Source: Amoebidium appalachense | Lineage: Eukaryota > Protista > Ichthyosporea | Direction: 5' to 3' | NCBI GenBank assembly: GCA_963693365.1 | Contig: CAVNZM010000001.1 | Coordinates: 15,362,418 to 15,426,417, forward strand | Length of the DNA stretch: 64,000 nucleotides | Shown: piece after piece, positions 12,433 through 29,333 of the stretch | How positions within the stretch are numbered: the first letter of the stretch is position 1 | Layout: the number at the start of each line of letters is the position of its first letter | Translations under genes and position numbers: made by a program | The notes under the pieces: model-generated | Seen by the model: only the letters and a program-made list of their open reading frames with translations | What the model was told of the DNA's origin: nothing | The model's database searches: none

Positions 12433-13039
12433 AAAACAAAAAAAACAAAAAAAACATATCCAGTCCAGTGAATTACCTCTATTGCCGCGCAAAGCCTGTG
12501 CATGTGTGCCCTGTGTGACTGTGTTACATGTCAGATTGCTCAGTCCTACGTAAGCCAGTCCATCCTCCCCCCCCCCCCCCCCTCCCCCCTCCCCCGGTGT
12601 CGCCATGTGTGTGCTCCATCCTGCTTCAACCTTTCTGGTGTCATTGGTGCACAAGTGCATAGATCATGCCCCCCCCCCCTTCCCCCCCCCCTGGTTTTCC
12701 TCGCTCGTCGCTTTTTCCCATCTTTGTCGGCCTTCCTCTTTACCTCTTTCCGTCTTTGCTTTTTTGTGTCTATTCCCCCCTCCTCCCAGCCCACCATCTC
12801 GACTTGTGCATCATCTCTTCGTTGTTTTTCTGCTTCTTTGCTTCGTTCTTTAATCCCCTACTCCTTGAACAATCCTGCTCGTCTTTGGCCAACAAAACGG
12901 GTTGACTCGCGTAGTGCTGTTGAAACAAAAAGATAGGTTAGGAACCACGTGCGAGAGGTTCCTAACCGAACCCCATTCTTTTGTGGAGGCATGGGGACCC
13001 CCCTGATGAATTCTGTTCGAGTGTCTTCCCGTGTTCACT

Positions 13040-13875
13040 TTTTTTTCTCCTTTTGTTTGTTTCTCTTTTTTTTTTTTTTTTTTTTTTGTATTTGTTTGCT
13101 TTTTTGCCTTTTTGCTTTATTTCATCTTTGCCTCTCTGCTTCTTTGCTTCCCCCCCCCCCCCCCCCCCCCCCCCCCCTTCCCCCCCTTTCGAGTTCAGTC
13201 GTTCATTAGTTTTCTGTGTTGGCTTCTCGTTTTGACCCCCCCCCCCCCCCCCCTCCCCCCCGGAGGACATATTCATTCTTTGTTTCTTTGCTTCGTTTTG
13301 TTTCTTTACTTTTTTGCCCCTTCGTTCCTATCCACCCCCCCCCCCCCCCCCCCTCCCCCCCTCCCCCCACCCACCCCCCCACCCCCTCTGGGCGGACTTA
13401 TGTGTCTCTACATTTTTTCTCTTTGCTTCTTTGCTTCTTTGCTTTTTTGCTTGCTTCTTTGCTTCCAACGTCCCCTCCTTCTCCCCCCCCCCCCCCACGA
13501 TGCCCTTCCCACTCGGTCCCCCAGCGCGGACCAATCCTGTGTTGCCTCTTTGCTGCCTTGCTTGTTTGCTTCTGTACACATGCCTTTCCCCCCTCCCCCT
13601 CTCCCAACTCCCCCTGTCCCGGGACTTGAACGCTGTTTTAATGTTTGCTTCTGCCAGAACTTCTCACCCACACTCATCCCGACCCCGTTCCCCCCCCCCC
13701 CCCCCCCCCCCCCCCTCCACCCCCATATGCAGACAAATGTATTCGTTGCCACTTTGCTTTTTGTGTCATGGCTTCATGGCTTCATCATTTAACCCCATGT
13801 ATTACTAATAGCCACCTCCTCCCCTCCCTTCTGCTCCTGTGCTTCTTTGGTTATGTGCCCCCCCCCCCCCCCCCT

Positions 13876-13911
<36 letters not shown>

Positions 13912-14020
13912 ACACACACACACATAAACACCCGAGAAACAAATTCATGTGTTGCTTCTTTGCTCCTTGGATGCCTTCCCCCCCCCCCCCCCCCCCTCCC
14001 CCCCCCCCCCCCCCCCCCCC

Positions 14021-14067
<47 letters not shown>

Positions 14068-14180
14068 ATACTCCCAAGGATGGACTCTGCTAAAGATGCA
14101 TATTCTTTTTGTGCGTTTTGCCACATATGCATGGTGTTATGCATCGTGAATGGGTACTTCGTACTATGTAATGCACCCCT

Positions 14181-14211
<31 letters not shown>

Positions 14212-14408
14212 CACACACACACACCGGAACTTGACCACTGTTTCTTGTTTGCTTCTTTTCTTCGCTTCTTCCCACCCCACTCCCCCACTCCCCCCATCAC
14301 CACCACCACGCACACACACACACACCACCATCACCACCACCACCCCCTACCCGTCCCACCACCACTCATTTGGATTTGTCCCCCTCTTTGCTTCTTTGCT
14401 TCGTTACT

Positions 14409-14444
<36 letters not shown>

Positions 14445-14453
14445 CCCGCCCAA

Positions 14454-14484
<31 letters not shown>

Positions 14485-15253
14485 CGGACTTAACCACTCT
14501 CTTATTTGATTCTCTGCCTTTTGCTTCTTGCTTCGTTGCTTCGTTTCTTCTTGGCTTCTTTGTTCTAAACCTTCCCCCCACCCCCACCCCGACCCCCACC
14601 CCTCCCCATCATTCCTTGCTTCTTGCTTAGTAGCTCATCGGCTTCCTCCTTCTAACTCCTCCCCCCCCCCCCCCCCCCCCCAACCCCCTGCTTGCGTCGC
14701 CTATAATTTCTCTCTCCGCATGTTTGCCTTCTGTGCCTTGTATCTGTCGTGTCTGTATCTTGTGTCTGACGTGTATTAGCCTATTGTCTGTGATTGTATC
14801 TTGTGTCTGTCTGTATCTGTGTCTGTCTGTATCTTGTGTCTGAATCTTGTGTCTGTAGCTTGTGTCTTTTTCTTGTGTCTGTATCTTGTATCTGTATATG
14901 TTACCCGTCGTGTCTGTATCTTTCACCTATTTTGTGTGGGTAACTTCCGTCTATACCTTTTGTCTTTGCCTATGTCATAATTCTGTGTCTGTCGTGTCTA
15001 TATTTTGTGTCACTTTCTTTGGTGAGTTACTCTACTCACCTCTGTAACATAAGCCTGTATGATTTTGTGTTAAACAGCTCCTGTATAAATGTCGGTACCT
15101 ATGTGCCCTTCTGCCTGCATCCATCGCCTAACGCAAACGTCTTCTGTCTCGTTCGATCATGGCGCTGTGCCAGCACATTGTTTGCTGTGTGCTGCCCCCC
15201 CCCCCCACCAACACTTATCATCTCCGCTATATGCTTCTTGGCTTCCGAACGTC

Positions 15254-15317
<64 letters not shown>

Positions 15318-15599
15318 CCTCTCCCTCCATCGGGGACCAAATACTGTTTTCTTCTTTGCTTCTTTGCTTCTGCTTGAACTCCCCAACCTCACGCATCCCC
15401 TTCCCCTTGTTGCATCTGTTCTCCCTTTACTTGATCCCTGCCCCCCCCCCCCTTCCCCCGCCCTGAGTTCTTATAAGCTATGTGCTCTCAACCCTCCCTC
15501 ACCGCCACCCCCTGGTGCTGCTCCACCACCATCTCCTTCTTTGCTTCTTTGCCTCCTAACCTATAGCCCTTGCCCCCCCCCCCCCCCCCCCCCCCCCCC

Positions 15600-15650
<51 letters not shown>

Positions 15651-15740
15651 CGACCCCGGGTTTAACCACGCTCTTGTTTGATCCTTTGCTTCTGTGCTTG
15701 GTTGCTTTGTTGCCTCTTTTCTTCTCTGCTTCTTTGGTTG

Positions 15741-15784
<44 letters not shown>

Positions 15785-15790
15785 ACACAA
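13040..15790. repeat. Degenerate array of short TTTGCTTC-rich units separated by poly-C tracts
   Basis: Recurrent unit heads (GGGACTTGAACGCTG 13621, CCGGAACTTGACCACTG 14224, CCGGACTTAACCACTC 14483, CCGGGTTTAACCACGC ~15656), each followed by TTTGCTTCTTTGC-like motifs and then a C-run. Includes a ~13-bp TGTATCTTGTGTC minisatellite at ~14740-14920. Confidence 0.65.
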
Positions 15791-17299
15791 AAAAAAAAAA
15801 AAAAAAAAAAAAAAATCACCACCACCAACCCCAACCTCCCCATGTGCCCCGAGCTTCTAAGGGCACTGTCGCACAACTGTAAACGCCAAGCGCCTTTGCG
15901 GCATAACCAAGAAGAAATCAAGGTGGTAGGGTAGCAGATGATTGGGTAAATATCATAGATGGAATTGTTGTAGAACGAACTTGCCATATTAGTATTTGTG
16001 TAAGCACGCAGACATGGTCGTATCGATCACACCTTTCCCAACTGTGTGTGTGCGCTCGAAGCGCGCCTTACCAAATTTGGTGCGCAGGACGCATCGAAAA
16101 AAAAAAGACACACACACCCAAATACAAAAATAAAGACAAAATATATGAAGAGAAGAAAAATAATATTTGTACAGAAGTACCGGCATATACACGCACACAT
16201 ACACCTACGCACCCACTCACACACGTACACACACACACATACGCATACACATGTACACTAACATGCAGACACGTCACACACACACACACACACACACACC
16301 CACACACACACACACCCACACACACAGTTGTTCATATGCGAGCGGACACGCACGAACACACGCACGCACAACTTCACAAGTACACACGCATATATATGGA
16401 CACGCACACTCACACACACACGCACACACACACGCACACACATACACACACGCACACATACGCACGTGTCACGTGGACACACACAAATTTAAACTGTTTA
16501 CTGCCTGACCGTACAGCCGTAGCGCGGCAAACCGCGGTGGATCTCGACGTTAGATCCGTTGCTAAGCGGCCACAGATAGGAATGTGTCGCTTTAGACTGA
16601 GTTTTCACACCACGTGCATGATCACTGAGTACACCGGTCCGCTGATCGCAGTGTGGAAGGGATTGACACATAACGGTTAGTCAAAGCAAGGCAACTCCAA
16701 AAAGCAGGATTTATGTCCATTTCAAGAATTTGTTGAATTTTTCATTTTTGTGTATAGTTCAACGGGGCAAAAATGTTTTTGTACCTTAAATGGGATTCCG
16801 GATGTGAACCATTGGACGTCCAATTTGCTGAGCCGTGCACATGGATATAGACTATAGTCAGCAAAGTTGAAAACTAAACTTAATATAACCAGCATAGGGA
16901 TTGCATGCGTAGGTGAGAAAAAAAATACGAGTAATACCAATGAAACCGAAGCTTTATGTTTGTTGCACGGTACCGAGTATCGTGTCATTGCCAGGAGGCC
17001 GGGCGAATCCGAGGGAAGAAACTCGGAAGGCTGATCAGGCTGAGACTGCATATCTATGTCAATGTGAACTTGGTCCTTTTATCCCTCTGCAGCAGGAAAC
17101 ACCTAAAGTGACCGTGTAATCAGTAAAGGGGAATAATAAGTGAAAATGGTTAGTGGAATAAATAGGGATGTGCTAAAAGACTAGTAAAGCCATAGCCGCT
17201 TTTATATATTAAGTCCGTTTTTACAACCTTTCTGCAGCAGCCATATCAGGCTGCACCTACTGGTAAAAGAGTAGAGGGGGTCCTCAGGGGGACAAATTT

Positions 17300-17600
17300 G
17301 ACAGCCAATCATCTCAATGGACGAAAAAGCGCGTTCTGATTGGATTTCACTGCTCGTCTATTGGTTGATGTGCTTGGAATGCCTCTCCAATCCCGATGAG
17401 CCCTGGCAGTCGGAGACTCGTAACTTGGCCGTAAAACACAAGAACGACGACAAAAAAAAGGTATAAATCAAATATAAATGAGTATTCTTTTTTTTATTAT
17501 CATTCATAATGTTTTTTGTAATAAAAATCAACAGGTTTGTTCATTTGTAGCACGAGTCCGGCTTTTCGCATCCAATTGCCAAGTGCTATTGGCTGTTTTA
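17300..17600 (+). promoter_or_regulatory. Cluster of CCAAT/ATTGG boxes upstream of the PDZ gene
   Basis: AGCCAATC, GATTGG, TATTGG, TCCAATC and ATTGGCT within ~300 bp, 320-620 bp upstream of the ATG at 17921. Confidence 0.35.
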
Positions 17601-17920
17601 CAAACTCATCTTGCAATCCCAGCCCACACTGAATTGTGATTGGTTGTAACCGATATGGCTTTCATCAAGACGGATATAAAAAGAGAAGCATACCAAACTG
17701 GGTCATTTTCGAGTGTGATGACGATCAGTTCACAACACAAAACTTACAAAGAGCAGTATAGCAGATCATTGAAAAACACATTTTCTTATCGACACATTCG
17801 TAAAACACTTATTGAACTGAGTATTCCGAGTTTGTAAGAACATCATACATCTACGTTTGCACATTAACAAGATTTATTTTCGCCCTAAAGTACTGTAGTA
17901 TTGTAATATTATCAGTCAAA

Positions 17921-18820
17921 ATGGCACCACACACAACAGCAAACAGACGCCCGTCACAACAGCAAATGAATGGCAAGCAGCTCACCAGACTTCGCAACTC
18001 ACACGCATTGAGAAGTCTCAAATTCACACAGGCACCCGTGGATGCAAACATCGAGCAGAAGTTTAAGTGTCTCAGGAGAGATATCCAAATTCGCAAGCCG
18101 GAAGGCGAAGATTTCGGCGCATATTTCACCAACATCAGCGGTCGTGTGGTTGTTTGTTATGTGAGTGAATACCCACTTATTACCAGCATAAACCTTTTCA
18201 CTGGACCCGGGCAGTCTGCCGCGTTCCGTGCAGGCCTCTCTATTGGTTCTGAAATCATCAGCGTAAATGGCGACGCAGTTGGGGATTTGGAGGACTACTC
18301 CATCCGCACACGACTTGCACAAATGACAGACATGGTACTTGAAATCAAAGAAAACGCCCTCACCACTAAACACGAAATTCTGTGCAAACGCGGTGTTACG
18401 CATGGCATTCAGGAGTACAGTGACTCTGAGGTTGTTCGCGTACGGGAGGGGTCGCCCGCGGACGCTGCGGGGATCAAACCAGGAAACATGATTGTGTCCG
18501 TTGCTGGCTGTAGCACGTTTGGAATGGCGGATCGCGCTGTTCTAGACCTCATCAGCACTATGGTTTCTACGTCAGAGCCGTTCACCATTGAAACCATGAC
18601 TACGTTTTGTGGTATTCGTCTTCTTTGTGACTCTTGGCGTATTATGGAGGCTATTCTCCCTAATGTCGCCCCATTTGAGATGATTGACGCAGATTACCAG
18701 ACTTCGCGCCTTGAGGTTCCTTACCATTCCACTTCCAATCTGGTCATGCTTCTCTTTGAGAGCTTTAGCTCATATGATGATGTTGTGCATGTTGAACCAG
18801 AGCCAGCACCCGCAGCCTAG
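17921..18820 (+). CDS. Tandem-PDZ protein, syntenin-like (299 aa, intronless)
   Basis: Two closely spaced PDZ signatures (SAAFRAGLSIGSEIISVNG; VREGSPADAAGIKPGNMIVSVAG) with a short linker, as in syntenin. Start context CAAAATGG. Free of microsatellites. Confidence 0.85.
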   Translation: MAPHTTANRRPSQQQMNGKQLTRLRNSHALRSLKFTQAPVDANIEQKFKCLRRDIQIRKPEGEDFGAYFTNISGRVVVCYVSEYPLITSINLFTGPGQSAAFRAGLSIGSEIISVNGDAVGDLEDYSIRTRLAQMTDMVLEIKENALTTKHEILCKRGVTHGIQEYSDSEVVRVREGSPADAAGIKPGNMIVSVAGCSTFGMADRAVLDLISTMVSTSEPFTIETMTTFCGIRLLCDSWRIMEAILPNVAPFEMIDADYQTSRLEVPYHSTSNLVMLLFESFSSYDDVVHVEPEPAPAA

Positions 18821-19329
18821 AAATTAATAGTGTGATTTTAGGGTGAATACAATACTACGAGGTGTAAAATTGTTCTGTGCAAGTATGTTTTCTAAGTACT
18901 GCATATTGACGTTTCAATATGGTATGAATCATGGCACAACAAGGGATGAAATTGCGAAGCCTACTACTTGATGCACGAAAGTTATTAAAACCTAAAGTTC
19001 CTTCCAATAAATATAATGCTTGCTGGACAGGCAATTGCAACCAATCGCGTCCATGATGTCGATACTCAAAAACAAGGTGAAGTTAGCCCCCAGAAAGTTT
19101 CTTCTGTACCAATGGCTGTGGAGTTCTTGGCCACATGATTCTCATGGGCCGCACAGTCTATATATATCTCCATGCCTGTCTCTCTCTTTTATCATTATTA
19201 TTATTATTGTTATTATTATTTTCCCTTTTTGGGGGGCAGGGGGGAGGGGGGGGTGGAGGGGGGAGCAGGAGGAGGAGGAGGGGGAGAGGAGGGGGGGGAG
19301 AAGGGAGGGAGAAGGAGGAAGGAAAGGGG

Positions 19330-19380
<51 letters not shown>

Positions 19381-19381
<1 letters not shown>

Positions 19382-19709
19382 TGGTCAGAAAGTTTCACGG
19401 CACAAGGTTTTGCAGCGGTGTGCATCAGAAGTGGTGTCCTTCCTTACGGTGGGGCAAATTCATCTGATGCTGAGAGGCCCGGGGGGGGGGAGGAGGATGG
19501 TTTCTACGGACCTATGCAAACAAATCAGATATATTGCCGATGCCAGGAGAGGGGGAAGGGGGAAGGGGGGAGGGGGGGAGAAGGGGAGTGGAGGGTGGGA
19601 ATGTGGGGGGAGGGGGGCGGGGGACGACCGGGGGGAGGCGCGGGGAAGGGGCCGGGTTAGGGGGGGGGTTGGGGGGGGGGGGGAGGGAGGGGAGGAGGAG
19701 GAGGGAAAG

Positions 19710-19744
<35 letters not shown>

Positions 19745-19946
19745 TGGTCAAAATGAGTTAAGGAGTTTCACGGCACGAAATTTTGCGAGGAGTGTGCATC
19801 AGAGGTGGTACCCTTCGCTACGCGGGGCCAAATCATCTGATGCTGAGAGGCAGGGGAGAGAGTTGTGGGGGGGGGAGGGGGGGGGGGGGGAGGGGGGAGG
19901 GGAGGGTGGGGGGGGGGGGGGGGGGGGGGGGGGGGGAGGGGGGAGG

Positions 19947-19982
<36 letters not shown>

Positions 19983-20075
19983 CGGGGAAGGGAGGGGAGG
20001 CGGGGGGGGGGGGGAGGGGGGGGGGGGCTGCTACGGGCCTATGCAAACGAATCAGATATATTGCCGATGCAAAGG
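19381..20075. repeat. Two diverged copies of a bipartite unit embedded in poly-G
   Basis: 19381-19548 and 19744-20075 share ATGGTCA..AGTTTCACGGCAC..GTGTGCATCAGA..CATCTGATGCTGAGAGGC and CTACGG.CCTATGCAAAC.AATCAGATATATTGCCGATGC. Confidence 0.8.
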
Positions 20076-21137
20076 GAGGGGGGATTGGGAAGAAGGAGGG
20101 ATGGGGGGAAAGAGGGGAGTGGAGGATTGGGATGGGGGGGGGGGGGGGGGGGGACGAGCGGGGGGGGGGGGGGGGGGGGGGGGGTGGATGCAGAGTCTTT
20201 GTACTTTTCAGCAATGTTCAGCATGACGACTATATGTGCAGGCCGAACTTTATATATGTCAGTGGCAAGGAATTCCGATTCTTTTTCTTTTCTTTTCTCT
20301 TCTTTTTTTATGTATTAGTGTACATGTCAATATATCAACATACAATCACGCCATCATCAACCTGCCATGTCTGCAGGCGTACAAATCAATCAGGTGAGAT
20401 GTCATCAATTTCTATCTCAATCTCTAAAACTCCACTTGATCCAAATGTTAAACAGCCGTGTTCACTGGATATATATTCTAAACAACTGTCTCATTGGATG
20501 CAAATGAACATCTATGGGCACTATTACACATATTTCATCTTCAAGGGCAAGAAACTTGTCCGATGCCCTCTACGTATGCAATAGTAGAATCTGACGTCCA
20601 TCGTAGTGCGTGTGTTTGTTGTGCGAGAATACATATCAAAATTTATCATAGGTTGTGCAAAGTGTATGAATAATTGCAAATACTTCTTCCACCATACTTT
20701 TCTGTGTGTGTGTGATGAAAGGCTGCAAGCTTAAGGATTAGGTGCGTGTGAGTATGCCCTATGTACACATGTTTGTTTGTCGGAACGAGTGTTTGGACGT
20801 GTGTGTGTAGGGTGTGTGCCAGATGGTGTGTGTATAGTGTTGGTGCGTGTGTGTGTGTATGTGTGTGCGTGCATGTGCGTGTATGCGTGTTTGACTGGGT
20901 GTGTGTGTGGGCATTAGTGTGCATTTGCGCATGTGTATGTGTGTGTGTTTGTGTGTGTGTCTGTGTGTGTATCTTTGTATGCATGCAGTTTCAACCTGTG
21001 GGTATTCCCGGGGACATGCATCGTACATGTGCAGGGGATGAATGAATGTGTCACATTCGACAACTACAAACCATATCACATCACATACGCAAAATTCCGC
21101 CACACCATATTTGGACAAATCGCCCATATTAAGGCGT

Positions 21138-25041
<3,904 letters not shown>

Positions 25042-26339
25042 GTTGAGATGTTTACAAGTAGACGATTGTAGAGTAGGGGAATTGAATGGGTTTGTCTTTG
25101 GTTCCGTGTAACAGGGTGGGGTATTCTACCACCAGAAAGCGTTTGCGTGTAAAAACCAAGATTTGCTCAATTTTTTCGATCGATTTACTTGGTCGGAAAG
25201 AGCTGTGGTGGTCTACTCTAAAAATTTCTTTCACACAGGCACATTGTCGATGGCCAGCTAAATCATGCTGTTCGCCATGCCCTCATGACGGCACAGGGTG
25301 GGCAAAAAAAAGTGGGGATGTTTGAGTCAACAAAAAGGCTATCCTGCCTCCGTGTATTGTTCTAAGCAACTTATCCTCTAAACGCCCAACAGGCATACAC
25401 ACATGTAAACAACCTGTAAAGAGATGTTGGTGCTATGTGTGTCAAAACACGAAGTCTCGTTTTGTGAACGAAGTTTTATGTGAGGAACGTTTCAAAAGTG
25501 CTTATAGAACAGAGCAGTGCTTTTCGGGGAATGCATGTATCGGAGAAGGACCAATCAAAATAATCGATCATATTTGGTTTAATTATAAGCCTTCCTATTG
25601 GTGTCCTGAACTTAGGTTTCCCGCCAAAACTGATGGGATGCGATAAGAAGAGTCCAAAAACTGATCCGGCGGCGATAACGACACAAACTCACCCACACAT
25701 ACTGCAGGTGCTGCTGACGCTCTCAGTGTATAAATTATAAGCCGGTGCATAATAATAAGTGGGAATAATGCTATTTTATTAGATCCTACCATTATCTGCT
25801 GTGTGAGAGAGTGTGTGTGAATACTTGCGTTTTGAGTGTGGCACATCATGGAACTTTCAAAAGCTGAAATCATGAGCCACACAGTCCAAGGTGATTGGCT
25901 GTCAATGACAGGCCTGGCTCATGGCTTTATTTCTTTAACGCAAGAAAGCTGCTAGTAAATATACACGTAAATAAAAAGGGGAATAATAGCATTTAAAGAC
26001 GAATTATTGGCTTGCTAGGCTACTGATAAACAAGACAGCCACTACCTAGTAGCTACAGATTACAGTTGAAAATAGACAAATGGTCATTGAGGTGTTTTCT
26101 GATTGGACTCCGCATAAATGTCTTCGTGTCTATAGGCTGTTTAGGATACAGGCAGTACTAGACCTCCATGATATTTGCCCACTCGTACAAGACACAAATC
26201 CCCCGCATCATGGGCTTGCATGTTCATCGGATTGTTTTTTGACACGCTTGGCAGAGAGAAGACTGTCGATGTAAACAACTCACAAAGAAAAACAACAACA
26301 GGAACACAGCGAGAAACCTACTACGGGGCGTGTGGGACT

Positions 26340-26399
26340 ATGGACGTACTCGAGAGAGAGGGGTCAGACCTGGAGGTTAGTCTCCCCTCCCCCCTCCCC

Positions 26400-26437
<38 letters not shown>

Positions 26438-27282
26438 CCTCTTTTGTTCCCCTATCAGTGGTACCTCTCCCCTCGCTCCCCCCTTCCCCCCTCCCCCCAA
26501 CTCTCCCCCTCACCCCGTCTCCCCCCCCCCCCCCCCCTCCCCCCCTTCCCCCTCCCCCAGTCACTTTGTCTATCTGCCCTTCGCGCCCCCTTCCCTTTTT
26601 AATAGAAACAATGGTTTCCCCTCAGAGTCTCCCCTTTCTTCTCCTGCACTCTCTCTCACCCGGTGTGTGCACCTCTCCTCTCTCCCGCGTCATATACACT
26701 TTCTTTGTACTTACACAGCGCCCTCCCCCTCTCTCTCTTTCTCTCTTTCTCCCCCCCTACCCTCCCCTCCTTCCCTCTTGCCTCCCCCCCCCCCCCCCCC
26801 TCCCCCCCCTCCTCTCCCCCCCTCCCCCCCTCCCTCCCGCCCCTCTCTCTCGTGAGCTTTGTAGTTGCCATATGCATAGCTAGCTTATTTGTCTGTTGTG
26901 ATACGTAAGTCATGGTCGTCGAAGCTGCACACTAGGGCAATGGACGTGAGTGTGTGTGCACGATAATCTGTGTGTGTGCACAACCGCACGTGCGGGTGTG
27001 TGGGTGCTCTTTCTGTGTGTGCAGGCGCAAGTGTGGTGTGTGTGGGTGCGTGTTTGTGTTTGTGTGTGTGTGCGCGCGTGCATGCGTACGTGTGTGAATT
27101 TCCTAATTGTGAGCATTGCTTGCATGCGTGCATAGGCGCCCTTTTAAGAATTGTATTTTTTGCCTCCAGCAGACGCATATTTCGTTTTTTTTTTTTTTAG
27201 CTTGGCCACTGGCTGCATGGTTTGGCTCTTTTGTATTGACGTCTAAATCAGCTGCAACCCTACCTTCCTGCCCTCCCTCCCT

Positions 27283-27315
<33 letters not shown>

Positions 27316-27696
27316 TTTACACACACACATGCACAAGTTGTGGCAGCTTGTTATTGCATGCACAATTTGCCCCGGTTTTTGGGTCTGCATAGAATGGAAG
27401 CACTGTGTTATTCTTTGTCTATTTGCACTTCAAACTGTGTTGCCAATGTTCCCCCCTCCCCCCTTCCCCCCCTCCCCCTTCCCCCTCCCATCCGCCCCTC
27501 CTCTCTCTTTTTCCCCCCCTCCTCACTCCCCCTCACCCCCCCTCCTCCCCCCCTCTGCCTCGCACCCTCTCCCCCCAAGAATGTGCAACTATTTCATAGG
27601 ACATATGTCTTGCACAACAGAAGTACATCTGATGTATAGACGAAGCTTGAGGAGAGGAGTTATGTGGTGTGGTGGTGTCAACAGTGGTGGGGCAGC

Positions 27697-27728
<32 letters not shown>

Positions 27729-27848
27729 ACAGTGTGTGCGCGCGCGTGCGTGCGCGCGCGCAGTGTGTGTGTGTGTGTGTGTGTGCGTGCGCGCGTGCGT
27801 GCGTGTGTCCGCCGAGTGAGTGTGTGTGAGTGAGTGAGTGAGTGTGTG

Positions 27849-27881
<33 letters not shown>

Positions 27882-27900
27882 CCTTAGTGGGTTGTGTGTG

Positions 27901-27999
<99 letters not shown>

Positions 28000-28017
28000 C
28001 GCGCGTTTGTGCATGTG

Positions 28018-28081
<64 letters not shown>

Positions 28082-28185
28082 TGTGTGTTTCGTGCCTGTG
28101 TCTGTCTGTGTGTTTGTTGGTTTGAGTGTATGTGCGTGCTTCTGTGCTTGTGTGTGTGTATGTGGCCGCGGCGGTGGGCTTTTCC

Positions 28186-28228
<43 letters not shown>

Positions 28229-28290
28229 TTTTGGTTCCTGTCTTTTTATTTTTTTTGCTTTTATTTCTGTTTGCTTTTTTTTTTTTTTTT

Positions 28291-28335
<45 letters not shown>

Positions 28336-29262
28336 GCGGGGAGAGGGAGGGTGGAGGGGAAGGGGGCAATAATTTGCCTGTTTTAAGTGAAAACATACAA
28401 GGTTGCTGTATGTGATGTAATAAAACTAAAAAAATAGGAAAAATCATATGTCTGTGAATGTGACGAAAAATTGCGGTCCCTCGTTCCTCGTTATAACTCA
28501 ACCGTAATTTACACCTCCATATATTTTCTTGGATTTTCACCTCTTTTGCTATGTTTGTGAGCATATATTGGGTGCCCCTTTACGTGACTTGTAACAAATG
28601 GTGTTTTTTCTTTCCCCCCCCCCAAAACTTTGTTTTTGTGTGTATGCTGGCTGCAGTACAACCGAGAAAAGAAACTCCTTTGGGATTCCCGGCACATCCC
28701 CCCCCCCCCCCCCCCCCCCCCCCCCACCACCACCACCACCACCACCACTCCCCACCCCCCGGGGGCCCTGCCGGGAAAATGGGCTTTGCTTTGCCTATCA
28801 TGCACACTCTTTGTGTGTGATTTGCACTCTGCATTGTCTTGCCCGTTATGAACGTATACTTCATACTCTATAACACATTTTATCCCCCCACCCTCCCCAC
28901 CTTGCCCTTGGTGAACTTATACTGAGGTGCCACGTACATTAACCCTTAAATCCCCCTCCCCCCTCCCCCACCCCTACCCCCGCCCCCTTCCTCCTCACGT
29001 CCCCCCTCCCTCCCTCCCCCTTCCCTCCCCCTGTCTTTTTTATGCCTATTCAGTTTCTCCGCCAGACATTGCGAACTGCATGGCCAGGAGGTCGGCTGGT
29101 GTGCTGTGTGTCGCTGGTGATGGGCCTTGCACTGTTTCATTCTTTTCTGCTCTTCAAGCTGCTATGGCTGTGGTTGCTGCTGGCTTTCTTCTTCAGGTAC
29201 TTATGCAATGATGTCTCTCTCTCTCTCTCTTCCCCCCCCCCCCCCCCCCCCCCTCTGCCTTC

Positions 29263-29333
<71 letters not shown>

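Noticed and set aside
12915-13015. Type II hammerhead-like arrangement (GAAAC...TTTTGT...CTGATGA)
   Set aside because: The cleavage triplet would be GUG (not NUH), and stems I and II cannot be formed convincingly.
19020-20584. 432-aa and 239-aa Gly-rich ORFs
   Set aside because: Produced by poly-G tracts within a duplicated non-coding repeat.
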